DNA of 62,924 bases, counting the filler, from Bigelowiella natans CCMP2755 (Eukaryota > Protista > Cercozoa): assembly GCA_000320545.1 (NCBI GenBank). It is 5 parts of 5 records of this genome, joined end to end, with 100 filler letters (N's around TTAATTAATTAA, not from the genome) between each part and the next. Parts side by side here need not be neighbours in the genome. Positions count along the whole stretch, not along the records: positions 30,072 to 60,336 come from ADNK01000040.1; 4 more parts are not named here. The stretch is one strand, 5' to 3'. Shown one piece after another: positions 39,029 through 52,474 of the stretch. The notes under the pieces were generated by a model. That model saw only the letters and a program-made list of their open reading frames with translations, ran no database searches and had not been told where the DNA came from. Both the position numbers and the translations under genes were made by a program. Every line of letters begins with the position of its first letter. Within the stretch, counting starts at the first letter, position 1.

Positions 39029-39790
39029 CGCGTGTGTGTACATGTTCGCGTACGCGTGCATATTAAGATACGAATGTGTCGGCTCTTCCCGGGGAAGTGT
39101 TTCCACACAAAAATAAATAAGACACAAAACCGCAACAGAACTCGCATCGTCTCATGAATGCTTCCAAAAATGTAGCGTGGTGTGCCATCCTTGCTCTTTC
39201 TTCTTCTTCTTCTTCTTCTTTTTCTTTTTCAATCAGTGACGATGGGAGTGCCTTTAGACGCCGACAAAACGCAGCTATATCGTCTTGCAAAAGCGGTCAC
39301 GAGTAGCAGCAGTAGTAACGTTGTTGTTGTAGTCATCGTCATCGTCATCGTCGCTTGATCATATTTGATCCGAGGCTGCTGAATGATTAACAGATACGGC
39401 TCGCAGGGATTACGGAAGAGGTCGAGGTCATTGCCAAGGTCATAAGTTATAAAATATATATATATATATGTATATATTATATTATATAGTACTTCAGCAC
39501 TGTTTCGACATGCGACATCATTATCTCCGCGCATCATGACGAATGTACACACGCGTGTCATCATCCACCATTAGGCAAGGGTCCCAATCATCAAGTTCAA
39601 GGACGCCGCATCTGGTTTGACGCTTTCTCATAATCATTGCAACATCCTTCATTTTGTCATCACCATCGTCATCGTCATCGTCGTCACCGCAACCTTTCCT
39701 TCCCCCTCCGCTCTGTCACACAGGCTTGGACGTCGATATTTCATTCAATCAGAGCTCAGTGAGTTCCAGCATTAATGATGATGATAATGA

Positions 39791-39821
<31 letters not shown>

Positions 39822-40149
39822 GATATAGAGATGTAGAGACGTACTTTGTGTACTTTCGTCTGAAAAGTGGGGTGATAGTGGGGAAAGAAATAGAGATGGG
39901 GGGGAAGGGGGGGGATTCTGACATCTTATGGTGGATCATCCATCGATGATGGCACATTTCTCATCATCATCATCTCTCATCATGCCAATGACTACCACTA
40001 TGTTCGACCTACTTATGGTTAGCATCATCTTCAACATCATCTTCAACATCATCATCAACATCATCACCAACAACGTTAAAAACGCATGGACATCGGCTTG
40101 ATATTGCTCTCCCTCTCTTCTCCTCTCCCTCTCTCCCTCTCTCTGTCTA

Positions 40150-40211
<62 letters not shown>

Positions 40212-40955
40212 GGGGGGATGATGCTTTTGTGGAACACCAACACCGAAGGGCCTCGACGCTATACCCTACATGCATGACGAGATGGAGTCTTTGCCCGCCG
40301 TCAAACCACTCGTAAGCGCTGCATACAAGAAGAAGAAGAAGAAGACAAGAAGATCGCGAGGAAGAACAACAAGAAAAAGAAGGAGAAGGAAAACTTGATG
40401 ATAGTGCTTACAACTCTGAGAAAAGCTCTTATAGATAGAATATATATTAATATATATATATATATATATATATATACTCTACATAACACGATGACGTGTT
40501 CTTCCCAGACGTTGGTGCTGAAGTTGTTTCTATCCGTACGGAAACTCAACGAGCCCTTTCACGGCGGAGTCGGGTCTTTCCTGTTGCAGTCGATGGTGAT
40601 CAGTTTCCTCAAGATTGTGCATGTGAGAGGTGGGACTCTCAAAAAGCAAAGATTCAAATGATACGACGGTGGATGTATGGAGGAGGAGGGAGAAGAAGAA
40701 GAAGATAGTGCGGTTTTCCTACGATGATATGCTGTGTGCTGCAACAACGCATTCTTCTGTACCGACATCTGTTATCATTCCTTTTCGTTTGCTATGCTTA
40801 CTAATCCCAGGGGAGAGAACCTTCCAGTGGAGAAGCACGGTATGAATGAAGACGATAACAACGACGACGACGATGATGATGATAATGATGATGATGATGA
40901 TAGCGAGCTACTTTTGTTGGGATCTGATTTCTCCTCCTCCATAGCGACCTTATGC

Positions 40956-41005
<50 letters not shown>

Positions 41006-42386
41006 TGTCATCGCGCGATACTACTACTACTTCTACTACTACTACTACTACTACTACTCACACAGTGGCAGAAAATGAGTCTCGGGGCACTTCTTCACGC
41101 CTTCTTCGACTTTTATGGAGAGAGGTTGTATATAAATATGTATCTATTTATTTGTCTATATATATATCCATCCTTCCCTCACGTAAAAAGACAGGGAATC
41201 TTCTTCATATCAATCATTATCATCATCGTCATCATCTTGCAACCGCCACCACCATCCATCCCCCACCCTCCCCCCTTTCCGAGTGTGCTGATAGTCTGGT
41301 TGACCGTCAGGCTCAACTACGATACTGTTGGGCTCAAAGTGAAGGTGACTGATGATGATGAAGATGATAATGGTGATGATGATGAGGATATGATGGTGTG
41401 TATAGCAATCCGATGATCGCTGATGTGCTTGAGAATATCAATAAAAAAGGGGGGCGGTGGGCTATTCAAGAAGACAAAAAGAAATGGCTGGGAGCAGGTG
41501 CGTGTGTGCGTGTGTGTGGTATAGTTTTATATCATCGAACGTTGGCAAAAAAGTCTTCGTTCTCTTCAAGAAAGTATAATATTGTGATTGATCCGAGAGC
41601 TCATACCTTGAATCTATTCTCACCTGCTATTTCTAGCAAATCGTCATCCTCATCCTCATCATCACCACCATCTTGACATTGCCATTGCATCGCTTTTGTT
41701 AGCAAATGGGAAGGCTGGCCCTCGAGAGTCCCCTAGGTTCCGACGAGAGAAAAATCGCGTGCATTTGACATAGCAAGACATTGCAGCATATTGCCATTCA
41801 TCCTTTTATCGTAGCGAAAATCACCCCCCCTCCCCTTCTCCTCTCCCTCTTCATAGCTTGCTTGTTTTTTACTACTACTACTACTACTACTACTTCTAAT
41901 ACTAATACTACTATTCCTACTACCTCTGCTTACATCTTCCACAAAGATCGCTCGGATATCGGAAGGGGGGCTTATAGGGTCGTTCAGGATGCTCCTTTCA
42001 CTTTGCATTAGACAGTGAGGGGGGTGAGGGGTGGGGGGAATGGATATTATGCTGCATATAAATACAGCGTCACGAATTGATTCTGGGTGCGTTGCTATGC
42101 GCTTTTTGTTTTATCATTGTTCATCGTCGCCCAGTTCTCCAACATCCGAAGGGCCTTCAAATACGCGTAGGCAGGCATTTGTAGTGTGTGTCGTGAAAAG
42201 AAGAAATCACAATCATTGCGGGAGGTGAATCGGGAGATCGATTATTGAAAAATATGAGAGAGAACACAACGAGGAGGGAAGGCCTTCTGATAATCCCATT
42301 ACTACAGATTTTTTGAACCAAAAAGCACTCATGAGCATATGTAATACATGCATACGCATACTTATACATATATATACTATGTGTGA

Positions 42387-42425
<39 letters not shown>

Positions 42426-42592
42426 AATGACCGTTGTGCATAGGTGGCTCGCGCTCTTAGCTCCACAAGAAAGGTACGCTGCTGCCCTTTCACTTCTTTA
42501 CAACTTGAATCCCCACTACACCTCTTGGAGTGGAAGGAGAAATGATGGCTGATATCGATGATGATGTTGATGATGAGAAGATGATGAAAACC

Positions 42593-42624
<32 letters not shown>

Positions 42625-44086
42625 AACGCAATGAAATACATGCGTCACTATCGAATGCGTGTGAAAACAGCTGGGAGGTACAATTATGCTATATGTCGGG
42701 ATTGCTTCAATTTGAGATGCTGCTGCTCACATATAATGCGTTGCTCAGCGTCGGTAAGAGCCTATTGTCGCGCATCATAAGGGGGGAGAAGATTACTCAG
42801 TTTGGCAAGCGGAAAGGTATGGCGATTTTTATATGCTTCTTGTGAGAGGCGACGATGTATTCTGTATAGCAGCGGTGATGACCAACGCATTGCACCACCC
42901 CCTGCAAGAAAGTTATGTGCTGTGAGTCCAGCCTAGTAGCATTTAGGACTTAACGGGAGATCACGGATGACTTTATATATACATGATGATGATAATGTTA
43001 ACCATGGTATTGACGGTGAAGGCATGTTCCCTTATGCTCGTGATCCTCTTAAGCGCTATGTTTTCGGTTGAAACGAAGTTGCACGAATTTTCCCTTTTGT
43101 CGTAGGCCAGGAGAAACTGCATCGCTGGGGTGGCGTCAGCTCCGACTCCATGATAAATCCTTCTCCTAGCAGCAGTAGTGAGAGCAGTTATGATTGGTCT
43201 TCAACAAAGAAAGAAGGAGGGAAGAATAGTGCTTACAGAGCCAGTCCCAACGAGCTCAAGGTGGAAATGGTTTTGCGTCGTTTTTGCATCTTCACTCTCT
43301 TCCTCTTATTTTGGTTCGAATCCTATCCATCCCCCGATCGATCTTGAAGCAATAGTTGCGCTGTATTAAACCATACTCTTTACATTCTGTCACACGCATA
43401 TACCTAAAAAAAAAAACTTAAAAACAGATAATAAATATATATTATGTATATGTACATATTTATATTTTATACAATGCATGTCTGTGATGTGGTGTGCGTG
43501 CATGGTTTGTCCTACTAGATCTCATTGGACTTTACGTCCGCTACCCCCGACGGTAGACCTCGTCGCCGTGTGATAGAATTTAGTGATGATAAAGACATAG
43601 ATAGTAGTTTTGAACGCAAGAGGCCAAAAGCAAAAGGGGGACGAGGAGGGAGAGGAGGGCGAAGACAAAGTGGAGAGGGAAGAGTAGGAAGAAACGTAAG
43701 TTCCGGCTGCTATTCTCTCCCCAATACCCAGCGGCGTAGGAGCAACAAACGATTCATTGATGATTCGTTGACTGCCACAATCAGCGGGAGAGTGAGCAAC
43801 CCAGGTTGTAACTACCTATCCCTTCAAGTTTCCCCCCGGTCATCACTGAGGTTCTTGCACCCAGATAAGCAACAAGGGGCGGGGGAGTTAAGGGGGAGGT
43901 ATGAGCTCATACTCGGAAGGGAATGAACATGTATCGTGTGAATAGACTTCAGACCTTCGTGAGCTGACTTTCATTTTTAAAATCTGATTAGCTCACCCCG
44001 GCCGATCCCCAGCTGCCAACTTACGTCGCAATGCTAAAAGAGCCAAGAAAAGGGCAAAGAAAACCAAAAAAAAAAACTTTGATTGA
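37420..44086 (+). CDS. TRF4: Non-canonical poly(A) polymerase, TRF4/PAPD5/TENT4 family
   Basis: Exons EFISL...APWVSRR | LHEEILDFCRWISPSKEEHE | PFGSFATGLYLPSSDMDL | EVEVIAK|ARVPIIKFKDAASG|LDVDISFNQ | PAVKPL|TLVLKLFLSVRKLNEPFHGGVGSFLL | SLGALLHAFFDFYG | DIGRGAYR. Basic C-terminus RRNAKRAKKRAKKTKKKNFD*. Confidence 0.9.
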
Positions 44087-44821
44087 TCTCACGGCGGAAT
44101 AAGCTGTCCTAAGTCTAGTACTGTTACATGCGCGGGAAGCTGTATGCACGAGATCTTTGATTAGTCGTATTTAGTGATGCATCAATAGCTAGCACTTGCG
44201 CGACACACACAGTCTAGTAGAAAGTACGCTTCAATAAGAGACATAATTTTTTCGCGCACATTTACGAAGTTATAGAGTTGTTGAGTACAACAGCGACTGA
44301 TTTAGTCATGCACATCTCTGCCAATAAATTCTCATGATGTCGTCTCTAGTCGTGCTAGCTACGGCTGAGCGTGTAGACAATGTCAAACGCTGCAAGTAAA
44401 TCTAAATGCGCGCACACGCGAATTAAAAGCGCCATCATGCATGCATGTTTGCTACCCCACCGGTTATAATTTCAGAGTCCAAACTAGCACAAAAACGCAG
44501 TTCTCTCCTGCTACCAGTGTTGCGGTATTGACTTAATCTATAAAGAAGCATAAATTGGAAGCGAAAACAGGACATGCAAAACTCGCAAACATATCGCAAT
44601 CTGGATGCTATATGACGGTCCTCCCATCAAATTTAGCCTTGTCAAGGGATGACATAGCGAAAATTACATAACGTACGACTGAGAAAACTGACTTAATGTT
44701 GAAAGCGTAGGCGAACTTGAGTAAATAGCGACATATTCATCAGGTAATATAAAGTATTTTCTTATAGCCTTTAGTACATAGGTACTGCTGCACAGAGGCG
44801 TTGATTCCGCCTCTTTCACTA

Positions 44822-46475
44822 TTACTTTCCACGCTTTTTTGCCTTCAAGTACTCTTTTTCCATTCCCTGAGTTTAGTAATATTCATGAAGTTCTCGAAAT
44901 GATATACAACGTTCTATAGTAAACCTTGACGATAGCATCAGTAGTTAAACGCCAAATCCTTATTAGTTCAATGGTGCCAAATTTCCCCAAACGGGACTGA
45001 ATGGTATCAACCAGTGCCCCTGAGAAACCCTGTTTAGATTTGATTTGAGCAGTAAGTCCGAAAATTGGCGAGAGCTTAACTTCTGAACATGTTTGTGAAA
45101 ACTTCATCACCTGAAAATGGTCTGCAGTGAGATCATATTTGATGTGTGATTTTCCATACTTGCGATAAAGGCGATGCAAATCCGAGCCAACTGGAAATTT
45201 ATTTCATGAAATTCGTGAACAAAATGTGTGTTTGTGTGCTTGTGTGTGTGTTGTCGCTCACCGATGGCATTCGAAACGAATGATTGGATCATCTTCGATA
45301 CGAGGGTATAATTCGATGGGAACTTTGACTTCAAATCGGGACTATGTAAACAAAATATGACTAAATCGAAGTATCGGGTTCGCAAGAAGTAAACTTTGAT
45401 ACCAGTATTTGAAAAATTGCTCCATGAAATCCTCGTGGAATGGGCGTATCACATCTTGCCCTGGGACCTTTAAAAAAATATTCTGAATGACTAATACTGA
45501 TCCAAACGATAGCAGCATTGAAGGGAAGCCCCTTCGGAGGAAAGACACCAAGAGATCAGTGAAAATCTTGGTGACCTTGAATTTTGCCTCAGCTTTTGCT
45601 TCTGTATTCTGACTTACATCAGAAACTCTCGACTGGAAATACAATATATTTTTTAACCACAGGATGTAGTGTTTATAGGATAGGGGCACACACCAAGTCT
45701 TTTGAAGCAATTTCAGAAGCTGCTTGCTCCTGTACCGTGAGAACCAGTCTGGAAATCATAAATTACATGGGAGGGACATCTTATAAAATAAGGAAAAGGG
45801 CGTCCCACCTCCATGAAAGTTTGAGAAGTTCTTTCTTGTATCTGGCTTCTGGAGAGCTGGTCTCGTTTCCCATTTTTAATCGTTGTATCTGTGTAGCTTG
45901 TAATTTTCCTTGCTTGGATGAAGAGTTGTAGCCGTCTCTGGGCAATTTCGCTGTCGACTACGAATGGAAGGGCCTCGAAACTAGGATTGAAGTTTGGAGC
46001 AGCTTGCCAATGGTACTTCACTGATGATACTGATGATTGGCTTTGAGGCAAAATAAATATGCGACAAACTACACCTGATGTCGTAGGACATTTTAAGACT
46101 GTTTTCGAATCAAACCACTCACTCATCTCCGAAACGTCTGGTAGTTTTCTGGTCGATCAAATAAGACCCTCCTCGTCTCGATGTGAAGCGAAATTCTCGG
46201 AAATTCATCCTCCTAGCTATGAAAAGGGTGACTAGTCATGACGCCAATGAAAAACTGCTTCTTTTTTCTCCTCATATCGAATCCAGAAAGACAAACTCGA
46301 TCCTAGAATTCTTCAGCGAAACGTTGTGGATTGGTAGCCTGGGCGCAATTCGGTGCTTATTACTTAATATTCGCAATATTCGCAACAGTCTTCTCGTCGC
46401 AGACCTCAATAGGCCTGGGTTGATCTTTCCAGGAGAGAGTTCAATCGATGCGGAAGCTTGCCCAATGTTGCTCAT
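44822..46475 (-). CDS. Multi-exon protein with a C-terminal globin-like domain
   Basis: FHEDFMEQFFKY | SPDLKSKFPSNYTLVSKMIQSFVSNAI | MHRLYRKYGKSHIKYDLTADHFQ | GFSGALVDTIQSRLG...IRIWRLTTDAIVK | GMEKEYLKAKKRGK*: proximal-His G..H..Y.L...HF and H-helix Trp pattern. The N-terminal part is unrecognised and the start is uncertain. Confidence 0.65.
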
Positions 46476-46514
46476 AACAAATTCTCCTCACGCCCATATT
46501 ATTTCGTGGACAAA

Positions 46515-46526
46515 TTTGGCGCCAAA
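46515..46526. promoter_or_regulatory. Palindromic double E2F site
   Basis: TTTGGCGCCAAA reads TTTGGCGC on both strands. It lies between the divergent globin-domain and E2F7/8-like genes. Confidence 0.5.
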
Positions 46527-46922
46527 ACCGGGTATTATTGCCTGCGATTGATGAAAAGCCTAGTATATCATAATTTTCTATTGCGACAAGTAAATTGTGT
46601 TGTCGCATTGGAAAACAACAGGTGATTCAGTTTTTTTTCTTGTATTGCAGCTCATAACGGTTACCGTTACCGCTACCCCTTATCAACCGAGCTTCAACAC
46701 ACACTACACTCCCGCCACTTCCGTTCCACGAAGGGGGGGCTCAAGATTTTTGCTGCTGTTCAGATATCTACAAATTGTAGATTATCATATTAGTTTCCGC
46801 TGCAACTCGTCTGCACAGCGTCAACACCTTCAACTGTAGTGTATTTTTGAGTCGACGGGTAGTAGGGTATAAGGGTAATGTGCTAGTTTCCTTTGGTTTG
46901 GAATCCACCAAGTATTCAACTC

Positions 46923-49242
46923 ATGAGTAGCGTGAGTATTGCTAGTACCAGTATTATAAGCCACATGGGACATGGTTACGACAGGGAGTCCCACAGTAGC
47001 AACGTGTGCATGTCCAACGACGGCAACACCTTCGAGTCAAATAGTACCAGGAGTGGAAGCAGCAATTCTGACCGAATTTTCTCTGCTAGCACCAACGCAA
47101 CCATTAAGCATCTTGCGGAGGCTTCCACATTAATGGCCCCTGTGGAGGCGTTACCGTCTCCCTCCGGCTTGGACGATCTTGCCAATGCAACCGCGACTGC
47201 AGGTTTGCAACGCTACCACTGCTTCGTAAGAGAGAGTTTGCCATAAAACGTATTACAAAATAAAATAGACCATTTTACTTAGTCTATTCTGTACATAATA
47301 GAGCATAACAAAGATTTGTGGTTTGAATAATTTCTCCTTTATATCTGCGTGTCAGAAGTCAAAGATAGACAGTCGTCACTTCAACAGCCAAAGAGGAAGG
47401 CAACGAGGAGCTACAGCCGCAAAGACAAATCGCTTGGAATTCTCTGTGGCAGGTGTGCTAGTTTTTAGAACTGATATAATTCGTCGGAAACTATAAATGT
47501 GTGTGTGTGTGTGTACTACATTGACGTCATGTTTAGGTTTTTCCAACTGTACGGTCATCTGGATAGGGGTACGCAAATCTCTCTCGATGAAGCAGCAGGG
47601 GCACTAGGTTCCTGAGACTAACTTCCAATACAGTACTAGAAAATTATCGTCTCATTTGTTTGGGTCTTACTCAGGCGTAGAGCGTCGAAGAATCTACGAT
47701 ATAGTTAACATTTTAGAGAGCATCGAGATAGTTTCTCGTTTGGGCAAGAATCAGTATAAATGGCATGGTTTAGGGGGATTAGTAGCATCCCTGCAAAAGA
47801 TGAAGGTAGCTCGAACCTCCTTCCCCGCCGAGAATGTTCGTTCTAGTGAATATTAAACGACTGAACATCGCACCGAATCGACATGCAAACACACATAATG
47901 AACGGTTGGAATCATTCTGAGTCAGCCTGCTCTTCTCTTCTTACCAGGATGAAATCGAAACGCACAAGAAGAGAGGGCACAGCTTCCCCCCTCAGCAAAC
48001 ACGTCCAAAAGGCTCCAATGGAAAGAAGAAAAAGTAGCCGCACAGTGTTTCTGAGTGATAAAAATACAAGAATCATCAAAAATGCTTGTTTTTCCTTATG
48101 ACAGGGAATCTAGAAGGGAGAAGTCGCTCTGCATATTAAGTAGACGATTCGTACAAATGTTTTTCATGGCTGAATCACGGATCGTGAGCCTGGAAGAAGC
48201 CGGAAACACCCTCGTAGTCGACAGCAAACCTGCCGCTTCCTCCTTGGTACTCATGAGTGTGGCCCCCCCTCCTCCCTATCCAATAGAACGTTACACGCGC
48301 ATAAGCACTCCTCTACCTAGAACTAAGCAGCACCAATATGTTCAGGCGAAATCAAAGTTCCGTCAGAAGTCCAAAGTAAGGAGGCTGTACGACATAGCGA
48401 ATGTGCTGACGAGCCTGCGTCTAATTCGCAAGGTAAAGCTCAGCACGTCGTCGTTTCCCTGAACACACATGTCTCTCATATACAATGTGGATATACGTTC
48501 AAGAAGAGGGGAGTGTGACTGGGTGATGGATACATGTTCAGGTGTACTTGGCGGAACCCCGCAGAGCAGCTTTCATGTGGCTTGGAGCAAATGTGTTTCC
48601 CCTCAAGAGCGGGATAAGCAATGAGGATGTCGACGGGATAAAAAGCAAAGATTATGGTACTTCCAAGACGTCAGGAGAGGACATCGAAGCAGAAGAGCGC
48701 CACAATAGTAGAACTGACCAAATGACGTCTCGCAAATCCTATCTTCTCTCTTCAAGAGGACTTGGCACAAAAGCTAGGGTAGCTACTCAATTGGCTGATG
48801 TCCATGAGCCCGTGCCGAAAAGGGCGAAATCATCTTTGCATCTCTCCTGCGGTGAGATTCACATTCATTCTGTCCGTGTTTTTCTCTGCATATTGAACGA
48901 TAGTATTTTTATGGGCGATTAGGTACTACAACTACTACAGAATATCCGTTTTCCTCAGCAAGCCTAGGGTCTCAATCGATTAAATCAGTCATTCACTCTT
49001 CCAAGAGGACGAATAGCCAGAGACTCGATAAAAAACGAATCTTAACAACTTCAGCATTTGGTTTTGGAATGAGCACACGATCGTTAAGGAATACCGACAT
49101 AAGGGTGTGCACACCGTTCGGAACAGGGAGGTTCCATTCGCCATCTTCGTCAAAGAAGGAAGGAGAGTTTCGCAATGCTGATGCTGCCGCTAGTTTATTG
49201 GCATTTGGACACACAGCAAACAAGAAGTTCAGGAGAAATTGA
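46923..49242 (+). CDS. Atypical E2F transcription factor (E2F7/E2F8/DEL type, two DNA-binding domains)
   Basis: [14 protein letters not shown]|FFQLYG...[11 protein letters not shown]|[31 protein letters not shown], then [17 protein letters not shown]...[22 protein letters not shown]|[15 protein letters not shown]. Last exon ends [21 protein letters not shown]. Confidence 0.95.
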
Positions 49243-49479
49243 CCATGGTACGGCTTTAATCAACCATTTCTGACCAGATACGCAGCAGGTCTTCTCAGCC
49301 ACTTTAATGGAATGAATCTTAGCCCGAATGGGATGTATAACTAATGATAAAAATATCGTTGTATGCATTGGCGTACACGCTCTATTTAATCTAATTTAGC
49401 TACTGGGCACACCGCGTGTTTTGTGCACGTCGTCAGGTCATACAACGAACTAGACATACACGTGTAGATTATGCTACAA

Positions 49480-50290
49480 TTCAGATTGCAGAAACTTGCA
49501 TGCGCGTGCGTCGCAACGTGAGCTTTCAGCGTTGCGTAGTTGTTTTGTCACAATGCGTGACGTGTGCGTTCACGTTCTCACGGTGTGCACACCGCTCGCG
49601 TTGTCGGCGCGTCACAGGAAGACAGATAACCGCATCCGATCTATTATTAGGATCATATATACTTACCCCGTGCTAACCTGCTGCCAGTGGCATTATGATG
49701 TGTCCTATCTAATTATGTGGTGACAGATCGAATGAATTTCTTGGATATGCAGTGTCGTAGTTCTCCTTTTGTTACTGACAAACATCGTTCCAGCTGCTGC
49801 AATGAAAGCACGCATCGTAGCGCAACTCTGAGCATGGCAACTAGCTACCTTGTGGTCGCGGCATGTCATTGCATGCTTGACATCGCAGCAGAAACCAAAC
49901 AAGCACAACATCATCCTGATGTAGCTGTGTCATCATAAGCGCTGTAGCCGCGGCTTCACATGGCTACACACATTGGGATGACAATTGGGCAAATTTGACT
50001 TGTTCATTGCATCCGTCTCACATTACTCACGTGTGCGGCATGCTAGCATGGCTAAGAAAATGTGTGAACATGCACGCAGGCAGCGTATTCCGTCCAGCAG
50101 CGCACTACGCACGGACGCCGCTCCGCTTTTTTATGCATGTAAGACATCAAAACAGAAACGTTCAAAACGAAAAAGCACAATTTGAGCGCTGTGGTCGCTG
50201 CTTTGCATGCTGGCATGCTAGCATGGCTACATTAGGATGACCATCGAAATTCAATTGTTCATCACATTCGTCTCATGCTAGCATGCGGTA
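49480..50290. other. Weaker TpA-depleted patch E between convergent genes
   Basis: Surviving TA are biased to CTAG/GTAG/CTAC in most of the interval. A local duplication differs by TA/TG/CA swaps. Confidence 0.5.
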
Positions 50291-50687
50291 TATGGCCCTC
50301 CAAGCCAATACAAATTATTCAGACCGGACTTGACAAAGCAAACAGCAACTAATAGCATGATCAGTGCCTAAACAATGCAGCGTTGGAAGCGGCATAGATT
50401 GTTAATTACGTACGACATATCGCACCGCAGACATCACGTTGTGCTGCAGTACGTGTATGTCTTAGCTAGCTTAACTATGACATAGATATTTAGATTATGC
50501 CATGCGATTAAGTGGCATTAGTCACATCTTCAAGATTGTTACTCATGCACGATTGTTGGCTGCAGTACATCACAAGGTTGATGGATCTAGGTATGCTGCG
50601 TATTAGAGGATTAAGATGCATGCAGTTACACGCATGTAGCACATATATGCACACAAGAATGCTGCCATTCTTGTCTACTTGTGTGCA

Positions 50688-52474
50688 TCATGCATTGTTT
50701 TTATCATCATCCAGCCCTTCGAGGGTGAAAAATTGTAGCGAAGCCTTTGTATCTAACTCCATCAGGCCAGTGTGACTTGGCTGGCCTGCAGCCACTCTCC
50801 CACTCGCAGCATCGCGTTCGTAGTCACGCCGTCGATAGTCGGTGTTATCCGCGGAGATGTACAATGTCGCCCCAACGAACGCGGTCACGGCGAGAAAAAG
50901 CGCCGGGGCATAGAAAGATTTGCGCTGTATGAAAAAATTTCCCCATACAAATATCAAAGTCCAGAGCTGGCCTACTACCAGTGGCAGCGATGTTGCTATT
51001 GCCTGGGGGGCGGGATACGTTATCTCCATGAGGAGATCGAAAGTAGATGGAGTGAGGGCAGAGCTAAATACTCCCATGACGGCGCAGCTGAACAAAGCTC
51101 CGTCGAGTGATTTCTGCGCCAGGCACACGCTAAAGAGGAGAAGCGACGCCGCGAACCCCAGGTATGCATATAAAGCGGTGGCCCTGTGGGTAAATCTCCC
51201 GCAGTCAATTGCCCACGCGGAGAAGAGAGCTCCAAGCACTCCCACGAACGTGTAGATGAGCAGCACATTTGCGGAGAGGAACTCTGTCGTCGACATTATG
51301 GTGTTAACGCCCAGCACCACCCAGATGGCATTTTGCACCCCGGTAGCGACACCGAAGGACAGGAGAGTCAGCAGATAGCCGTTTGTCCTCGACAGGGCAT
51401 ACGTCGTTTTCGTAAGCTCGGAGAAGGAGTACGCGCGCAGAAACTTCGAGCAGCAGGAGGTGCTCCGCCGGTTGGCTCGCGATGAAGTTGTCACGGAGGA
51501 GAGAGACGGGCGGGTTGGGGGCTTGCCGACGAAGAATATAAGCTCTATAATGTAGACGAATAGAGACCCCATGAACAGCATCAGCAGTAGGAGGGAAACG
51601 TTGTCGGAGCTTCCAATCTTCGGGATGACAAGTATCCTGATCAACATCGAATCAAAGTCAAGAAATAGTGGTGAGGCAGCGAAGCCTCCTAGCACTGGAT
51701 AACGCACAATGTGAACCCAAAAAATGCAGCGTGGAGAATTGAATTCAATTCTTCAGCAAGGCTGTGAGAGTCTGAACTTTTATGGTTTTTTGAATGATGT
51801 CTGGATGCTTACCCCACTGTGACTCCGATCTCGTAGCAAATGATAGAGATAGCTTGGCAAGTCACCCGGTGTTTCGAATCAAACCAGTTTTGGGCTAGTG
51901 TTGGTGGTATTATCAAAATAAACGAATGCGCGATTCCCCCAACCACATTGCCGGCGAAGTTGAATACATAGCCGGTGATCCCATTCATCGAGAAGGGGGC
52001 AGGGATGACTTTTATCAAACTTCCCAAGAAATTGAGAAACGACCCCATGAGAATCCCATACCGCAGCCCATTCTGATCCACTGCTTGCCCTGCCAAAGGG
52101 GCGCAAACGATGAACATGACCACGTATATCATTGAGAGCATAAAAATAGCCACTCGGCCAACACCGAAAAAGACCTGCCCCTCGCGAACGATCGGCCAGA
52201 AAGACACCCATATAACATGATCCATAATCGCCAAAATGCAGTATAGCCCTAACATGATCCAAGGAGAGGAGCAAGGAGGGGAGGAGCTGGAGCGGTTTGG
52301 AAGGGCATTCTCTCTTGGAGGACTGTCCTCCCTTGGAGGGGTGTTCTCCCTCTCTCTCTCTGCAGTAGTGCCGCGTTTCGTATCTCCAGTATCATTCGAT
52401 CCACACTGGCTATTATCTAACATATTTTTGTCGTCTGTAGACCTCGTAGATGACATCTGCATCTCCTTCAACAT
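50688..52474 (-). CDS. MFS transporter, FLVCR/SLC49-like (two exons)
   Basis: Multiple TM segments with WVSFWPI, LSMIYVVMFI, VDQNGLRYGILMGSFLNFLGSLIK, IIPPTLAQNWFDSKHR, GKPPTRPS and DLLMEITYPAPQ. One intron ~51811-51692. Confidence 0.9.
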
